This document shows, one piece after another, positions 1 through 10,860 of a stretch of 64,000 nt of DNA. The notes under the pieces were generated by a model. The model saw nothing but the letters and a program-made list of their open reading frames with translations, was not told where the DNA came from and searched no databases. The position numbers and the translations under genes are program-made. This DNA comes from Leucoraja erinacea (taxonomy: Eukaryota): positions 60,326,001 through 60,390,000 of the forward strand of contig NC_073385.1 in the NCBI RefSeq assembly GCF_028641065.1. The letters are read 5' to 3'. Each line of letters begins with the position of its first letter. The stretch's first letter is position 1.

Positions 1-239
1 GGGCTCTCACTTATTTGTTTTTCTCTGTTGTCAGCCGGGCAACCTTGGCAGCTTTTTAATTTGCCAAATGACAGTTTAGGTGGTCATTTAAAACGGTTTG
101 CATGACGCGTGCGATAATGTGCTCGGACAAAGTGCGTAGTTACCAGTCGGAATTATGCTCAATGAAGCATTCACATATTATTTCTGCTTCAAATAAAGTC
201 ACAAACTAAACATATTCGCCAATCAAGACATGATATATA
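1..239 (-). mobile_element. Terminal part of a CAGGG-ended DNA transposon (same family as 50454-52999), split by a CR1 insertion
   Basis: Reverse complement of ~52760-52997. The window starts inside the terminus (gggctctc) and the element resumes at 4781. Confidence 0.85.
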
Positions 240-339
240 GAAACATAGAAAATAGGTGCAGGAGTAGGCCATTCGGCCCTTCGAGCCTGCACCGCCATTC
301 AATACGATCATGGCTGATCATCCAACTCAGTATCCTGTA

Positions 340-3334
340 CCTGTCTTCTCTCCATACCCCGATCCCTTTAGCCACAAGGGCCACATCCAACTCCCTCTTA
401 AATATAGAGAATGAACTGGCCTCAACTACCTTCTGCGGGAGAGAATTCCAGAGATTCACCACCACTGTGTGAAAAACGTTTTCCTCATCTCGGTCCTAAA
501 AGATTTCCCCCTTATCCTTAAACTGTGACCTCTTGTTCTGGACTTCCCCAACATCGGGAACAATCTTCCTGCATCTAGCCTGTCCAACCCCTTAAGAATT
601 TTGTAAGTTTTTATAAGATTCCCCCCTCAATCTTCTAAATTCTAGCGAGTACAAACCGAGTCTATCCAGTCTTTCGTCATATGAAAGTCCCGACATCCCA
701 GTAATCAGTCTGGTGAACCTTCTCTGTACTCCCTCTCTGGCAAGAATGTCTTTCCTCAGATTAAGAGACCAAAACTGTACGCAATACTCCAGGTGTGGTC
801 TCACCAAGACCCTGTACAACTGTAGTAGAACCTCCCTGCTCCTATACTCAAATCCCTTTGCTATGAATGCTAACATACCATTCGCCTTCTTCACTGCCTG
901 CTGCACCTGCATGCCTACTTTTAATGACTGGTGTACCATGATACCCAGGTCCCGTTGCATCTCCCCCTTTCCTAATCGGCCACCATTCAGATAATAATCT
1001 ACTTTCCTGTTTTTGCCACCAAAGTGGATAACCTCACATTTATCCACATTATACTGCATCTGCCATGCATTTGTCCACTCACCCAGCCTATCCAAGTCAC
1101 CTTGCAGCCTCCTAGCATCGTCCTCACAGCTAACACTGCCCCCAGCTTAATGTCATCCGCAAACTTGGAGATGTTGCATTCAATTCCCTCGTCCAAATCA
1201 TTAATATATATTGTAAATAGCTGGGGTCCCAGAACTGAGCCTTGCGGTACCCCACTAGTCACTGCCTGCCATTGTGAAAAGGACCCGTTTACTCCTACTC
1301 TTTGCTCCTGTCTGCCAGCCAGTTCTCTATCCACATCAATACTGAACCCCCCAATACCGTGTGCTTTAAGTTTGTATACTAATCTCTTATGTGGGACCTT
1401 GACGAAAGCCTTCTGAAAGTCCAGATATAACACATCCACTGGTTCTCCCTTATCCACTCTACTAGTTATATCCTCGAAAAATTCTATAAGATTCGTCAGA
1501 CATTATTTACCCTTCATAAATCCATGCTGACTTTGTCAAATGATTTCACCACTTTCCAAATGTGCTGCTATCCAAGTCAAGTCAAGTCAAGTTTATTTGT
1601 CACATACACATACGAGACCCATCTTTAATAACTGATTCTAGCAGTTTCCCCACTACCGACGTTAGACTAACTGGTCTGTAATTCCCCGTTTTCTCTCTCC
1701 CTCCCTTTTTAAAAAGTGGTGTTACATTAGCTACCCTCCAATCCTCAGGAATTACTACAGAATCTAAAGAGTTTTGAAAAATTATCATTAATGCATCCAC
1801 TATTTCTGGGGCTACTTCCTTAAGTACTCTGGGATGCAGCCTATCTGGCCCTGGGGATTTATCGGCCTTTAATCCATTCAATTTACCCAACACCACTTCC
1901 TGGCTAACCTGGATTTCACTCAGTTCCTCCATCTCATTTGACCCCCGGTCCCCTGCTATTTCCGGCAGATTACTTATGTGTTCCTTAGTGAAGCCAGAAC
2001 CAAAGTAGTTATTCAATTGGTCTGCCATGTCCTTGTTCCCCATGATCAATTCGCCTGTTTCTGACTGCAAGGGACCTACATTTGTTTTAACTAATCTTTT
2101 TCTCTTCACATATCTATAAAAGCTTTTGCAGTCAGTTTTTATGTTCCCTGCCATTTTGCTTTCATAATCTATTTTTCCTTTCCTAATTAAGCCCTTTGTC
2201 CTCCTCTGCTGGTCTCTGAATTTCTCCCAGTCCTCTGGTAGGCTGCTTTTTCTGGCTAATTTGTATGCTTCATCTTTTGTTTTGATACTATCCCTGATTT
2301 CCCTTGTTATCCACGGATGCACTACCTTCCCCGATTTATTTTTTTGCCAAACTGGGATGAACAATTGTTGTAGTTCATCCATGCAGTCTTTAAATGCCTT
2401 CCATTGCATATCCACCGTCAACCCATTAAGAATCAATCGCCATTCTATCTTGGCCAATTCATGTCTCATACCCTCAAAGTTACCTTTCTTTAAGTTCAGA
2501 ACCATTGTTTCTGAATTACCGATGTCACTCTCCATCCTAATGAAGAACTCAACCATATTATGATCACTCTTGCCCAAGGGGCCACGCACAACAAGACTGC
2601 AAACTAACCCTTCCTCGTTATTCAATACCCAGTCTAGAATAGCCTGCTCTCTCGTTGGTTCCTCTACAGGTTGGTTTAGAAAACTATCCCGCATACATTC
2701 CAAGAAATCCTCTTCCTCAGCACCCTTGCCAATTTGATTCACCCAATCTATATGTAGATTGAAGTCGCCCATTATAACTGTTTTTACCTTTGTTGCACGC
2801 ATTTCTAATTTCCTGTTTGATGCCATCCCCAACTCCACTACTACTGTTAGGTGGCCTGTACACAACTCCCACTAGCGTTTTCTGCCCCTTAGTGTTTCGC
2901 AGCTCTACCCATATCGATTCCACATCCTCAAAGCTAATGTCCTTCCTTTCTATTGCGTTAATCACCTCTCTAATCAGTAACGCTACCCCATCTCCTGTCC
3001 CTTTCTGTCTATCCCTCCTGAATATTAAATATCCCTGGATGTTCAGCACCCAGCCTTGGTCACCCTGGAGCCATGTCTCTGTGATCCCAACTATATCATA
3101 GTCATTAATAGCTATCTGCACATTCAACTCATCCACCTTATTACGAATGCTCCTTGCATTGAGACACAAAGCCTTCAGGCTTGTTTTTACAACACTCTTA
3201 CTCCTTATACTATTATGCTGAAAAGTGGCCCTTTTTGATTTTTGCCCTGGATTTGCCGGCCTGCCACTTTTACTTTTCACCTTGCTACCTATTGCTTCTA
3301 CCCTCATTTTATACCCCTCTGTCTCTACGCTCAC
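340..3334 (-). pseudogene. CR1 ORF2 (endonuclease-RT), frameshifted and interrupted
   Basis: Split across ORFs 2717-3334, 1600-2865, 999-1457 and 592-1095, with a small insertion at 1573-1617. Confidence 0.9.
1573..1617 (-). mobile_element. Tiny 3'-tail fragment of Rex1/Babar type inserted into CR1 ORF2
   Basis: Reverse complement reads gtatgtgacaaataaa(cttga)n, like the tail at 59680-59710. CR1 sequence is continuous on both sides. Confidence 0.75.
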
Positions 3335-3402
3335 ACATTTAAGAAACCCTTTCCCTTCAACTCAGTCCTCCACTATCCCATTCGACACCCCACCCCCCTT
3401 AT

Positions 3403-4329
3403 TCAGTTTAAAACCACCCGTGTAGCAGTGGCAAACCTGCCTGCCAGAATGCTGGTCCCACACCTGTTAAGATGCAATCCGTCCCTTTTGTACAGTTTCC
3501 CCTTACCCCAAAACAGATCCCAGTGATCTAAGAATCTAAATCCCTGCCCCGTGCACCAGTTCCTCAGCCACACGTTCAGGTCCCGTATCTCCCTGTTCCT
3601 GCTCTTGCCAGCACGAGGAACTGGAAGCAAACCGTAGATAAAAACCCTGGAGGTCCTGCTTTTCAGCATTTTTCTGAGCTCTCTAAAGTCACGCTGCAGA
3701 ATATTCATCCCCTTCTTACCGACATCGTTTGTGCCGACATGCACTACCACTTCTGGATGTTCACCTTCGCCCTTGAGGATTTTCTGCACTCTGTCCGTGA
3801 CATCCTGGATCCTGGCACCAGGAAGGCAGCACACCATCCTCGCATCCCGTCTGTTGCCGCAGAAACCCCTGTCCGTACCTCTCACAATGGAGTCTCCCAC
3901 TACAATGGCGTTGCCTGTCTTAGGCCTTTTTGGTTTTGGCTCAACAGCCCTATTAGCATCGCATGCCAGTCCGCCGCTCAGTGTAAACACGTCTTCTGTC
4001 CCGACAGCTTCTAAGTGGGTGAACCTGTTCACAAGAGGTACAACACCCGGGGACGTTTGTATTCCATGCTTCCCTCCCTTTCTCACTGTCTCCCACCTTC
4101 TCTCTTCCAGTACCTTAGGTGTAACAATCTTACTGTAGGACTTGTCGAGGAACGACTCCGTTTCTCGTACGAACCGGAGGTCATCCACTTGCTTCTCCAG
4201 TTCCCCAACACGGTCCTTCAGGAGCTCTACCTGGATGCACTTCTCGCATTTGTAGCAGCCAGAAGCACCAGCAGTGTCCTTGACCTCCCTCGTACTGCAA
4301 GCATCGCACTGAATCAGCTTGCCTGACAT
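3403..4329 (-). CDS. CR1 ORF1p: zinc finger/coiled coil plus SGNH (GDSL-like) esterase domain
   Basis: Uninterrupted 308-aa ORF with CDAC...CEKC, a heptad-like LKDRVGELEKQVDDL, VVGDSIVRG, VHVGTND and DGLHLN. Confidence 0.88.
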   Translation of the reverse strand: MSGKLIQCDACSTREVKDTAGASGCYKCEKCIQVELLKDRVGELEKQVDDLRFVRETESFLDKSYSKIVTPKVLEERRWETVRKGGKHGIQTSPGVVPLVNRFTHLEAVGTEDVFTLSGGLACDANRAVEPKPKRPKTGNAIVVGDSIVRGTDRGFCGNRRDARMVCCLPGARIQDVTDRVQKILKGEGEHPEVVVHVGTNDVGKKGMNILQRDFRELRKMLKSRTSRVFIYGLLPVPRAGKSRNREIRDLNVWLRNWCTGQGFRFLDHWDLFWGKGKLYKRDGLHLNRCGTSILAGRFATATRVVLN

Positions 4330-4509
4330 CTCCTTCTTTCGTCTCTACCTCTCGAGTGTATTGCATGGTCTCCTCTCCTAAGACTCTCGAGCCAAAGACT
4401 CACACTTCCCTCACAAGGCCGCTCATTCACTGCCGCTCCCTAAGAGCAGTCTTGCTAAATTTGACTGATAAATTGCCTGATTTACCAATTTACAAACCAA
4501 ATTCCTCAG

Positions 4510-4780
4510 TTTTCAACTGTTTTCCCGGCACTGACTCACTTCTCTCTCCTCCCACTCGGGCTAGAGCCAATCAGTCTTATCTCTTGCTAATCTCCTCCTG
4601 CTGTTGCTCCCAAATCTACAGCAGTTCTGAGTAAAGTCTACCTGTGCTTGGCTTCTACTTTTCAACTGTTTTCACCCCTCTGACACACTTCTCTCCTCCC
4701 ACTCGGGCTAGAGCCAGTCAGTGTTACCTCTTGCTAATCTCCTTCTGCTGTTGCTCCCAAATCTACAGCAGTTCTGAGTA
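4510..4780 (-). repeat. Tandem ~150-bp monomers in the CR1 5'UTR
   Basis: tttcaactgtttt...ctacagcagttctgagta occurs at ~4510-4633 and ~4659-4780. Confidence 0.9.
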
Positions 4781-4915
4781 TATACCACAATGACATGCAC
4801 CAAAATTATAATACAGTATCTCAACTATTTTTACACGTTGCAATGAATGCAATTTATTTTATTTCTTTCCATTTCCAAACAAAAATGTGGTTGGATTATT
4901 CAGCGTATGATCAAC
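4781..4915 (-). mobile_element. Continuation of the CAGGG-ended DNA transposon after the CR1 insertion
   Basis: Reverse complement of ~52627-52762. Truncated by the Penelope fragment. Confidence 0.85.
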
Positions 4916-4919
4916 CTCA

Positions 4920-5240
4920 GTGAGACCAAGTGCAGGCTTGGCGATCTCTTCGCACAACACCGCCACTCAGTTCGCAATAACTAAGCTGATCTCCCAGTGG
5001 CTCAACACTTCAACTTCCCTTCCCATTCCGAATGCGACCTTTCTGTCCTGGGTCTCCTCCATGGCCAGAGTGAGGCCCACCGTAAATTGGGGGAGCAGCA
5101 CCTCATATTTGCTTGGGTAGTTTACACCCCAGCGGAATGAACATTGGCTTCTCTAATTCCAGGTAATCCCTGCTTTCTCCTTCCCTTCCCAGCTCTCCCT
5201 CAGCCCACTGTCTCCGCCTCTTCCTTTCTTCTTCCCGTCA
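4920..5240 (+). mobile_element. Penelope-like element fragment (GIY-YIG endonuclease C-terminus)
   Basis: Degenerate VAQHFN.PSHS..DLSVLGLLHGQSEAHRKL.EQHLIF..GSLHPSGMNI.FSN motif. Confidence 0.8.
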
Positions 5241-5244
5241 CGCT

Positions 5245-5345
5245 TGCAGGGAGAATGTGCAAATTCAACAAAGACCGTGCCCGAGGACAGGATCGAACAC
5301 AGATCTCTGGCGTGTGAGGCAGCAAGTCTACCAGCTGTGCCACTA
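5245..5345 (-). mobile_element. tRNA-derived SINE head (V-SINE/HE1-like)
   Basis: Reverse complement has A-box gtggcacagctgg and B-box gttcgatcc. Same family as 16143-16433. Confidence 0.7.
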
Positions 5346-5488
5346 TATTTTGTTTTCCAACACACAAATAATATACGTTGATAACTTTGGTTACTAAAAA
5401 AATGAAAATATCCATTTTCAGTCTTAAATCTCCAAGTGACGCTATGTCCATCTTTACAGCTGCTGTATGTTTTAATTAAGTTCAAGAC

Positions 5489-5683
5489 TGTGGAGCAGTA
5501 CATTGGCCATAAAGTTGCTGCCTAAAAGTGCCAGAGAACCGGAATTGATCCTGAATATGGGTGTTGGCTGTATGGAGTTTGCTCCTTTTCCCTTTGATCG
5601 CACGTGTTTTCTACTAGTGTACGGGTGAACTTGGTGGTCCGAAGGGCCTGTTTCCACGCTGTATCTTTAAATTAAACTAAAAA
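5489..5683 (+). mobile_element. Internally deleted V-SINE/HE1-like SINE
   Basis: Degenerate tRNA head, tgtatggagtttgc core and ccgaagggcctgtttccacgctgtatct tail. Confidence 0.7.
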
Positions 5684-5764
5684 CACTACAACCAGAGGGG
5701 GTCTAAAGAAGGGTCTCTACCCGAAACGTCAACCAATTTCTTCTATCCAGAATAGCTGGCTGCT

Positions 5765-5905
5765 CCATGATGTTCCCCCGCACAATTAAAGCATGGAATA
5801 GTCTTCACCCTACCATAGTTACCTTACCAGACGCAACTAAATTTAAGATACCTCTTTTTTCCCCAAGAACCCTTTTTTGCTTAAGCCCAAGTCGAGCGTC
5901 AAGAG
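5765..5905 (+). mobile_element. 3' ORF2 end of another non-LTR element (CR1/L2 group)
   Basis: Translates FPRTIKAWNSLHPTIVTLPDATKFK, the typical FFPR..WN.L terminal motif. Confidence 0.55.
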
Positions 5906-5912
5906 CTTAATT

Positions 5913-6900
5913 ATTAATGATCTGGATGAGGGAATTGAAGGCAATATCTCCAAGTTTGCGGAAGACATTAAGCTGGGGGGCAGTGTTAGCTGTGAGGAGG
6001 ATGCTAGGAGACTGCAAGGTGACGTGGATAGGCTGGGTGAGTGGGCAAATGTTTGGCAGATGCAGTATAATGTGGATAAATGTGAGGTTATCCATTTTGG
6101 TGGCAAAAACGGGAAAGCAGACTATTATCTAAATGGTGGCCGGTTGGGAAAGGGGGAGATGCATGCAGCGAGACCTGGGTGTCATGGTACACCAGTCATT
6201 GAAGGTAGGCATGCAGGTGCAGCAGGCAGTAAAGAAAGCGAATGGTATGTTAGCTTTCATTGCAAAAGGATTTGAGTATAGGAGCAGGGAGGTTCTACTG
6301 CAGTTGTACAGGGTCTTGGTGAGACCACACCTCGAGTATTGCGTACAGTTTTGGTCTCCAAATCTGAGGAAGGACATTATTGCCATAGAGGGGAGTGCAG
6401 AGACGGGTTCACCAGACTGATTCCTGGGATGTCAGGACTGTCTTATGAAGAAAGACTGGATAGACTTGGTTTATACTCTCTAGAATTTAGGAGATTGAGA
6501 GAGGGGATCTTATAGAAACATACAAAATTCTTAAGGGGTTGGACAGGCTAGATGCAGGAAGATTGCTCCCGATGTTGGGGAAGTCCAGGACAAGGGGTCA
6601 CAGCTTAAGGATAAGGAGGAAATCCTTTAAAACCGAGATGAGAAGAACTTTTTTCACACAGAGAGTGATGAATCTCTGGAACTCTCTGCCACAGAGGGTA
6701 GTTGAGGCCAGTTCATTGGCTATATTTAAGAGGGAGTTAGATGTGGCCCTTGTGGCTAAGGGGATCAGGGGGTATGGAGAGAAGGCAGGTACGGGATACT
6801 GAGTTGGATGATCAGCCATGATCATATTGAATGGCGGTGCAGGCTTGAAGGGCCGAATGGCCTACTCCTGCACCTAATTTCTATGTTTCTATATTTCTAT
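5913..6900 (+). mobile_element. 5'-truncated CR1 LINE, same subfamily as 240-4780, in opposite orientation
   Basis: [18 protein letters not shown] through the 3' UTR and tttctatg tail. Highly similar to the reverse complement of 240-1205. Confidence 0.93.
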
Positions 6901-6902
6901 AT

Positions 6903-7080
6903 AAGAGAGTTTTATTGCCATGTGTCCCAGATAGGACAATCAAATTCTTGCTTGCTGTAGTGCAACAGAATATGTGAACATAATACAGAACAGGAGGTAA
7001 GTTCAGTGTGTTTATATGCCATAGACCATATATATACACAATAAATAAACAGATAAAATGCAATAGGCTGTTTTTGTTCA
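6903..7080 (-). mobile_element. Rex1/Babar-type 3' tail fragment
   Basis: Reverse complement of ~59600-59700 (gtcctatctgggacacatgacaataaactctc). Confidence 0.8.
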
Positions 7081-7179
7081 GCCCTCCACCACCTCCATTT
7101 TAAATTCCATTTGGAATATTTATGGAGAACCAGGAAACCAGAAGCAAGAGTTACTCCAGGGAGTTACTCCAGGTCCAGG

Positions 7180-7696
7180 GTCATGGAGTGATTCTGCGTT
7201 GGTTTTCAGCGGTCGCAGCTAGGCGGCGACTGGATAGCAATGGCGGCCAGATTTCCCACAATTCAAAGCGAGGGAGAAAGTGCCCATTACCGACCAGTTG
7301 CCGTGGCTGTGCGCATGCGCAGGGCGGCCGATGATGCGCTGGCCGTGGTTGTGCGCATGTGCAGGGGCTGGATGTGCTGGCCGTAGCAGTACGTATGTGC
7401 AAGTCGGCCTGCCGTGCCGGCGGATGAGGAGCTAGCGGAGAGCGGAGACCCGGCGGCCCGGATAAGGATACGCATGGCGTACGGAGATGGAGATTGACAG
7501 ACAGAGAGAGATAGAGAGGGGGGAGCCCGCCCAGAGTTGAACGGCAGGTGCCCTGCCTTGGCCGGAGGCTGCCTATACTTCGAGGCCCTAGGCTTCAGCA
7601 TATGAAGCCTAGTGGTAAATCCGGCTCTGCGAGGCCCCCCTAGATCTCGAGGCCCTAAGCTTAAGCTTGTCAAGCTTATACGTAAATCCGGCCCTG
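7180..7696. mobile_element. GC-rich hAT-like non-autonomous fragment ending in a doubled terminus
   Basis: Ends gtaaatccggccctg (reverse complement CAGGGCCGGATTTAC). A similar 50-bp unit lies at 7580-7629. Left boundary uncertain. Confidence 0.5.
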
Positions 7697-7900
7697 GATT
7701 TGAAAAAGGTCACTCGCGATAAACATTCTTGGCAACTGTGCTGCTGCATGTATACAGAGCTGCGTTTCACCCGTAGTCAGGATTGAAGCCGGGTTTCCGG
7801 CACTGCAAGCGCTGTAGAATTGCTACTGGACCATCCCCGTCCCCTCCCAAGTGTCCCATCCCTGTCTGGGGGCGGCTGGAGATGTCCGGGGTGACCCCAG

Positions 7901-8133
7901 ACTAACGGGACACCGGCCCGGAGCAGTGGCGGCCCAGGCTTATAGCCAGTGCAGTGAAGAAGCGCTAACTCCAGCTCAACTCTGCCTGTCCCGCAGGGTT
8001 AACTGACAGCCTTGGACTGACGGGACACCGGCCCGAAGCAGTGGAATTATCACTTCTTCTCCGCGCTGGCAGTAAGCCTGGGCCGCCACTGCTCCGGGCC
8101 GTCATTCCAGGGCTGTCGGTTAACCCAGCGGGA
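7901..8133. repeat. Interleaved inverted repeats (foldback/MITE-like)
   Basis: 7914-7972 is inverted at 8042-8101, and 7989-8015 is inverted at 8107-8133. Confidence 0.75.
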
Positions 8134-9963
8134 TTCTTCTATGATTCAATCTAAATTCAGGAGCTATGAACCAAGCTAAAGTAAGCAGTCCTCCTCATCT
8201 AATTGTTATACTTCAGATTTCTGGTATGTACCCTCCAATATACAAAAGAAAATTGACAGTTCGAATTCCCTAGGACTGAACTTGAATTGTGGATACATTC
8301 AGGTTATGAGTATTAATGCTCTAAGTATACAAGTTGTGTGCAGTCCTGGTGCAGTTGTAGGAAGTTGTAAATGGTGCAAAGAAGATTTTTTGAGGATGTT
8401 ACCGTGACTGGAGAGTTTGAATTTTAAGGAAAGCCTGGATAGGCTGGAGCTTTGTTCTCTTGAACAAAGGAGCATAAGGGACCTGTTTCTGTGCAGTATG
8501 ACTAGATCAGAAATTTGTTTACCGGGTATAATTTGTAAATCTAAAATATGTTTTACATGTAAATACAATTAAACTTTATTTAGCAATATATATCGTATAT
8601 TGATGGATTTATTATAACTGAGAACATTTCCTTGAAGTTCAGATGCAAATGTATCAAAACTACAGATATTTGGATTGGATCCAGCTTGAGAATGGTGTCT
8701 TAAACTGAATGCATTACTCTGGACTATGCCTTTGTACAAATGGAACATTACCTGTCACTTTTAAATTATTATATTTGTTGCTTTTGTATGTGTACGCCAG
8801 CTTTTATTGTTTGGTGTTCATGGAATATGAGAACATGGAAATTATGGCAGGTGTAGGCTATTCAGCCCTCCATGTTTGCTTCACCGTTCTGTAAAATAAT
8901 AAGTCCTATTTTATCTTGGTGTCTCTTACCCTTGTCTCTGAAAGAGGCATTTGTCAACCTTGAATCCACTTTGTTTCTTGATATTTTTTAAAGAAATAAA
9001 AAATATTTTGCATCATTCATGACATTAAGGATTTTTTTTCAATTTAAGAATATTTTTCTAATGTGATTTTGAAAATTATTATTTGACCTATTTTCATTGT
9101 AATTTTAGACTGATCATAATGTAATGTAAAAAAAAACTCCATGTTACCAATAATAACTGTTTTTAATAAAGAACACTCATATTCCACGCATATACTACTA
9201 CCCATCAGAATAAATATTGAATTTTTCCACACTCCCCTTGTGTTCTTTTCCTATTCCTATTCGTCCACTGAGGCTCTCTTTTTTTGTTCATCTTTTTTTT
9301 CCCATCCCTGATTTGTTGCCCTCCACCATCCAGTTCTATCTGCCCATCATCTCCCCTGGTTTTACATCACCATTCTGTCTTTGTCTCAAAACTCTCCCAT
9401 ACCCACCTGGCTCATCATCTTTCACCTATCAGCCTCTGCCTCAGTGCTCCCTCTCGTGTCTCTCTACTGGCTAGCTTCATTCAACACTCCTGATGCAAAG
9501 TCTCATCCTAAAATGTCAATCATCCCTTTGCTCCACAGATACTGTTTGAAAATTGGGTTTTTTGCTTTAATACATTTTGGTATGAAGAAAATCCTTTTAA
9601 ATCTCACTAGTTTCCTTTTGCTGTTAGTTGTGGGGGATTCTTTTGTTTAATTGATTTAAAACGTCACATTTTTTTTAAAAACGGGCCCATCTAATTTGAC
9701 ATAGGTGTATGCTGGTGTATTAGAGCATTATTGAACATTATTGTTCATTCTAACCGCTACAATGATTAAGAGACATTTGTGTTAAAATCACAGAGTTGTT
9801 ATTTGTGAAGCCACAACTCCTTGTATTTTAAGTAAAATTATAATTATAATTTGGTTTGCACTGTGAATGCAGCCCCGCTTTAAGATTCAAGAAATTTAGG
9901 AATTAAAGCGAGTATGCTCTTTTCCTATCTGATAAATGTCTGTCTGTCTTATTTTTCCCTCAG

Positions 9964-10024
9964 GAAAAGAAGTAGCGAAAGCAGGTCTTGATCTAGATGA
10001 TTCATGTGGAGAGTGCCACAAGTG
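9964..10024 (+). CDS. RMDN2: Internal coding exon of an RMDN-family gene (regulator of microtubule dynamics/FAM82; RMDN2- or RMDN3-like TPR region)
   Basis: Strong acceptor (pyrimidine tract tgtctgtcttatttttccctcag|) and donor (TG|gtatgt). 61 nt, phase 1/2, translates (G)KEVAKAGLDLDDSCGECHK(W). This matches from memory the GK...CH.W exon of RMDN3 ([21 protein letters not shown]) and RMDN2 (GKTLSERAINRAPMNGHCHLW) in length. Paralogue assignment is uncertain; the symbol is tentative. Confidence 0.8.
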
Positions 10025-10439
10025 GTATGTACAAAACTGTCTATTCTGGAAACAGGCATATTCAGTGCATTTAAATCAAAATATATATTTTTCTGGTTAT
10101 GTGAGCAGACATCTTAATACAATCGGTTGAAAATATTAGGAATTCTGCAATATAGAGGACTGCAGATTCTCAGTTGATAAGTATGTTCTAGGCTGAGTGG
10201 TGGAATTTTGGAATGAAGACCATTAAATGAGGAAAGTGACGAGGTACAGGATCAGTAGTGATTTTGTTGAACGAAGGAGCAGACTTGAGGGTTCATGAGC
10301 CATATTCTTGATTTTACCTTGTTTTACTTAGTTCCTCATGACCTGTCTCTAATGCACAGTTATGTCATTTTAAATCACAGCTGCATAAATATATATATGT
10401 ATTGTCTGACCTTTAACGCTCAATATTATAATATTCCAT

Positions 10440-10860
10440 TGCAGGAAGAATGTTCCCTATGTTGGGGGAGTCCAGAACCAGGGGTCACAGTTTAAGAAAA
10501 AAGGGTAGGCCATTTAGGACTGAGATGGGGAAAAACCTTTTCACCCAGAGAGTTACTCGCCATCTAGAACTAAAAGCGCATTCTGTATGCATTTGTTGCA
10601 TTTTATATCATTCTCTGCCACAAAAGGCAGTGGAGGCCAATTCACTGGATGTTTTCAAGAGAGAGTTAGATATAGCTCTTAGGGCTAATGGAATCAAGGG
10701 GTATGGGAGAAAAAGCAGGACCGGGGTACTGATCAGCCATGATCATGTTGAATGATCAGCCATGATCATATTGAATGATCAGCCATGATCATATTGAATG
10801 GTGGTGCTAGCTCAAAGGGCTGAATGGCCTACTCCTGCAACTATTTTTTACGTAAGTTTC
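10440..10860 (+). mobile_element. CR1 3' fragment with a templated insertion and a 23-bp triplication
   Basis: MFPMLGESRTRGHSL motif. tgatcagccatgatcatattgaa x3 at ~10730-10798. Foreign segment at 10553-10612. Confidence 0.88.

Larger units (their letters stand above)
240..4780 (-). mobile_element. Near full-length CR1-clade LINE (5'UTR, ORF1, disrupted ORF2, 3' tail)
   Basis: ORF1 at 3403-4329. APE endonuclease motifs (LCLNARSIRNK, GITETWL, MGDFN, SDH) and RT motifs ([25 protein letters not shown]). 3' TTTCTATG-type microsatellite tail at ~240. Short TATA(TA) target duplication. Confidence 0.95.
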
